This document shows positions 61,356 to 64,000 of a stretch of DNA of 64,000 bases, one piece after another; positions within the stretch are counted from its first letter, which is position 1, and every line of letters starts with the position of its first letter. The notes below the pieces were generated by a model. It made no database searches and was not told the DNA's origin. It saw only the letters and a program-made list of their open reading frames with translations. The stretch is from Octopus sinensis (Eukaryota). A program made the translations under genes and the position numbers. The stretch lies in contig NC_042999.1 in NCBI RefSeq assembly GCF_006345805.1, forward strand, positions 8,246,001 to 8,310,000. Reading direction: 5' to 3'.

Positions 61356-64000
61356 CTACAGGGAATAATTATTCGTCGTCCACTTTTGTGGTTTTATTAT
61401 TTTGTAGTGTTGAATTCTGTAGTTGTGCTGTTTTGTTTTTTCATGCGTGTTTGTTGACTTTGGAAATATATTTTCATAATCTAATTCTTCTGTTATGCGA
61501 ACGTGTTCGTTTGTTTTAAGAATATGTTGTCTATTTCGTTTGACTGTATTTCCTTCCTCTGTTATAACTAAGTATGAACGAGGTTGCTCTAGTTTTTTAA
61601 TTATTTTGCCCCTTTTAAACCAATTGTTGTTAAACTTAATTCTAACCGTGTCGTGTGGTTTTAACTCTGGGAGTTCTGTTGTAATGTTTGATTTCTTCTT
61701 TTTGTGAGGCCTGATACCAATTTTGTCGTGTAGTATGTTTGGGAGATTTGTTCGCAATGTTCTATTCATTATTTGATTTGCAGGGGATGGTGCACCATTT
61801 TGTAATTTAGTCGTGCGTAATGCTAAGAGCGCTAACTGAGGTTCTTCGCCACTTTTGAATGCCTTTTTTAGCGTCTTTTTTATTGTCTGTATATTTCTCT
61901 CAACCATGCCATTCGCTTGATGATAATGCGGGCTTGTCTTCGTGTGATGAAAATGCCAATTTTTTGCAAATTTTTTGAATTCAGCCGAATTGAATTCTGG
62001 ACCGTTGTCACTTACAACTGTTTGCGGAATTCCGAATTTAGCAAAAGTTTCTTTTAATTTTTTGATTACGGTTTTTGACTGGCAATCATTTATTTCGTGT
62101 AGATCAAAAAATCTTGTTGTATAGTCAATAATTGTGACATACGAATTTCCAGACAGGTGAAATACGTCTGTACCCACTTTGGTCCATGGTGTAGTAGGTA
62201 TTTCATGATTTATTAGTGGTTCGGCTGCTTGTTGATTTTTGTAGTCAATGCAGTATGAGCATGTGTTAATCATGTCTTTGATTTGAGCGTTAATGCCGGG
62301 CCAGTATATACATTCCTTCGCTCTCTCTATGCATTTTTCGATACCCATGTGTCCGGTATGTATTTCCTGTAGAGCTTCTCTACGTAATGACTTAGGTACA
62401 ATTATTCTTGAACCTTTTAGAACGAGACCATTGACGATTGATATTTCATCACGAACGGATACGAATGGTTTGATGTTTATTGGTATTTTGTCTTTTGGGG
62501 GCCATTCTGTTCTTGTATATGTGACGAGTGTCTGTAGAGACGGGTCGTCTGCAGTGGCTTCTTTATACTCTTTTAATTTAGTGTCGGTTATGGGGTAATT
62601 TTTTATTACTGCATGAATGTGCGATTTCATATCTTCGTCTGATACTTCTGGAGTATTTTGCTCAAGGTATGCACGTGATAGGGTATCTGCAACAATTGAT
62701 TCTTTACCAGGTATGTGGTTTAGGTCAAAATCATATCTTTGTAATGTTAGTAGAAATCTTTGGATTCTGGGGGGGCATTTAGTGATCGATTTTTTGAATA
62801 TTTGCTTCAACGGTTTATGGTCATTTTCGATTCTGAAATGAGTTCCGTATATAAACTGATGAAATTTCTTGCATGCGAAAACTATACTGAGAGCTTCGCT
62901 CTCTATCGGACAGTAGTTTTGTTCCGCTTGAGTTGTTGCACGAGATGCAAACGAAACAGGTAGCCATCTTTCGTTGTGTTTCTGCTCAAGTATCGCTCCG
63001 AGCCCATGCTTACTAGCATCTGTAGTTATTTTTATTGGTAGATCTGGATCATAAAATTGTAGCACTGGTTTTCTGGTAATCATTTCTTTTAGCTTTTTTA
63101 TTGCTTCGATTTGTGGTTTGTCGAATGACCATAACGTGTCACTCTGTAGAAGCTGGCGCAATGGTGCTGTGACTTCGGAGTAATTAGATAAAAATTTACA
63201 TAGGTAATTTGTCATACCTAGGAATCTTTGTAATTCTTTTTTACTTGTTGGCAGTGGCATGTGAATGATTGCTTGTACCTTGGTTGGATCTTGTTTTATC
63301 CCTTCGGTTAATATATGCCCAAGGTACTTGATTTGTGATTCATAGAAGATACACTTTGATTTATTTAACTTTAATCCGTGCTTTCGGATTCGATCGAAAA
63401 CTTGTTGTAGTCTATTTGTGTGTTCTTCTAAAGTGTTGGACCAGATTATGATGTCATCCTGTGAATTTCTTGCTCCTTCTATGCCCTCTATTATTTTTGA
63501 AATTTCTTTTTGGAAAACTTCACTGGCGCTGTGAATTCCAAAGGGTAGTCGTGTGAAGCGATACCTTCCAAAAGGTGTGTTGAACGTTAAAAGATGGGAG
63601 CTTTCTTCGTCAACTGGAATTTGCCAGTATCCATTAGATGCATCGAGTTTTGAAAAATATTTAGGGTTATGCATTTGTGCAAAAATGTCCTCCGCTGTAG
63701 GGAGTTTGAAATGTTGCCTTTTTATGGCTTTGTTTAGATTCTTGGGGTCTAAACAGATCGGAGTTTTCCGTTGGCTTTTTCAACGATGACTAGGGAATTT
63801 ACCCAGTCTGTAGGTTCACTAACAGGTTTTATGATATCTAATTCTGTCATTCTTTTTAATTCTTTGTTGAGTTTTTCTTTTATAGAAAAAGGAACCGATC
63901 TTGGTGGATGAATTACAGGAGTTATTTGTGGATCCACTGTGATATGATGTGTTATTGACAAAGTGCCGATTTCTCCGAAACAGTCTTCATATTTTTCTAA
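61356..64000 (-). mobile_element. Ty3/Gypsy LTR retrotransposon pol (RT-RNase H-integrase), 5' part outside the window, one frameshift
   Basis: RT: LDASNGYWQI, RLPFGI, SQDDIII. RNase H: TDASKHGLGA, EALSI, NDHKPL. Integrase: H..H..C..C, TDVF, SDNGPEF, GMVER. The domain order is Gypsy-type. A 1-bp deletion near 63757 (KLR-I-CLDPK) joins ORFs 63749-63961 and 61356-63674. Confidence 0.95.

Overview
AT-rich, microsatellite-dense animal genomic DNA. The SINE and MITE families suggest an octopod cephalopod; this is inference from repeat style, not a database match. There is one 100-N scaffold gap. The only well-supported host gene is the last three coding exons of a follistatin-like 4/5 gene (+ strand, 8662-17504, GT-AG phase-1 introns). 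The rest is mostly mobile DNA: (1) a near-intact R4/Dong-clade RLE retrotransposon (51.8-55.8 kb) plus four truncated relatives, most in (TAA)n arrays; (2) the 3' part of a Ty3/Gypsy element (pol, PPT, 232-bp LTR), cut by the window end; (3) a scrambled CR1/L2-type LINE; (4) two decayed Penelope-like elements; (5) mariner/Tc1, Tigger-like, piggyBac-like and Helitron non-autonomous elements; (6) several tRNA-derived SINE families; (7) several foldback palindromes. The most unusual signal, read by eye, is about 15 type-I hammerhead-ribozyme-like motifs from at least 8 unrelated short repeat families. They include canonical C3:G8 cores and compensatory G3:C8 and U3:A8 cores, often inside inverted repeats. 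An ~820-bp loopless palindrome carries one complete hammerhead per arm, and a complete hammerhead lies sense inside an FSTL intron. Hammerheads linked to Penelope-like elements are known; the density, diversity and covariation here deserve testing. No cleavage activity can be shown from sequence alone. Most ORFs in the supplied track are microsatellite or SINE artefacts.
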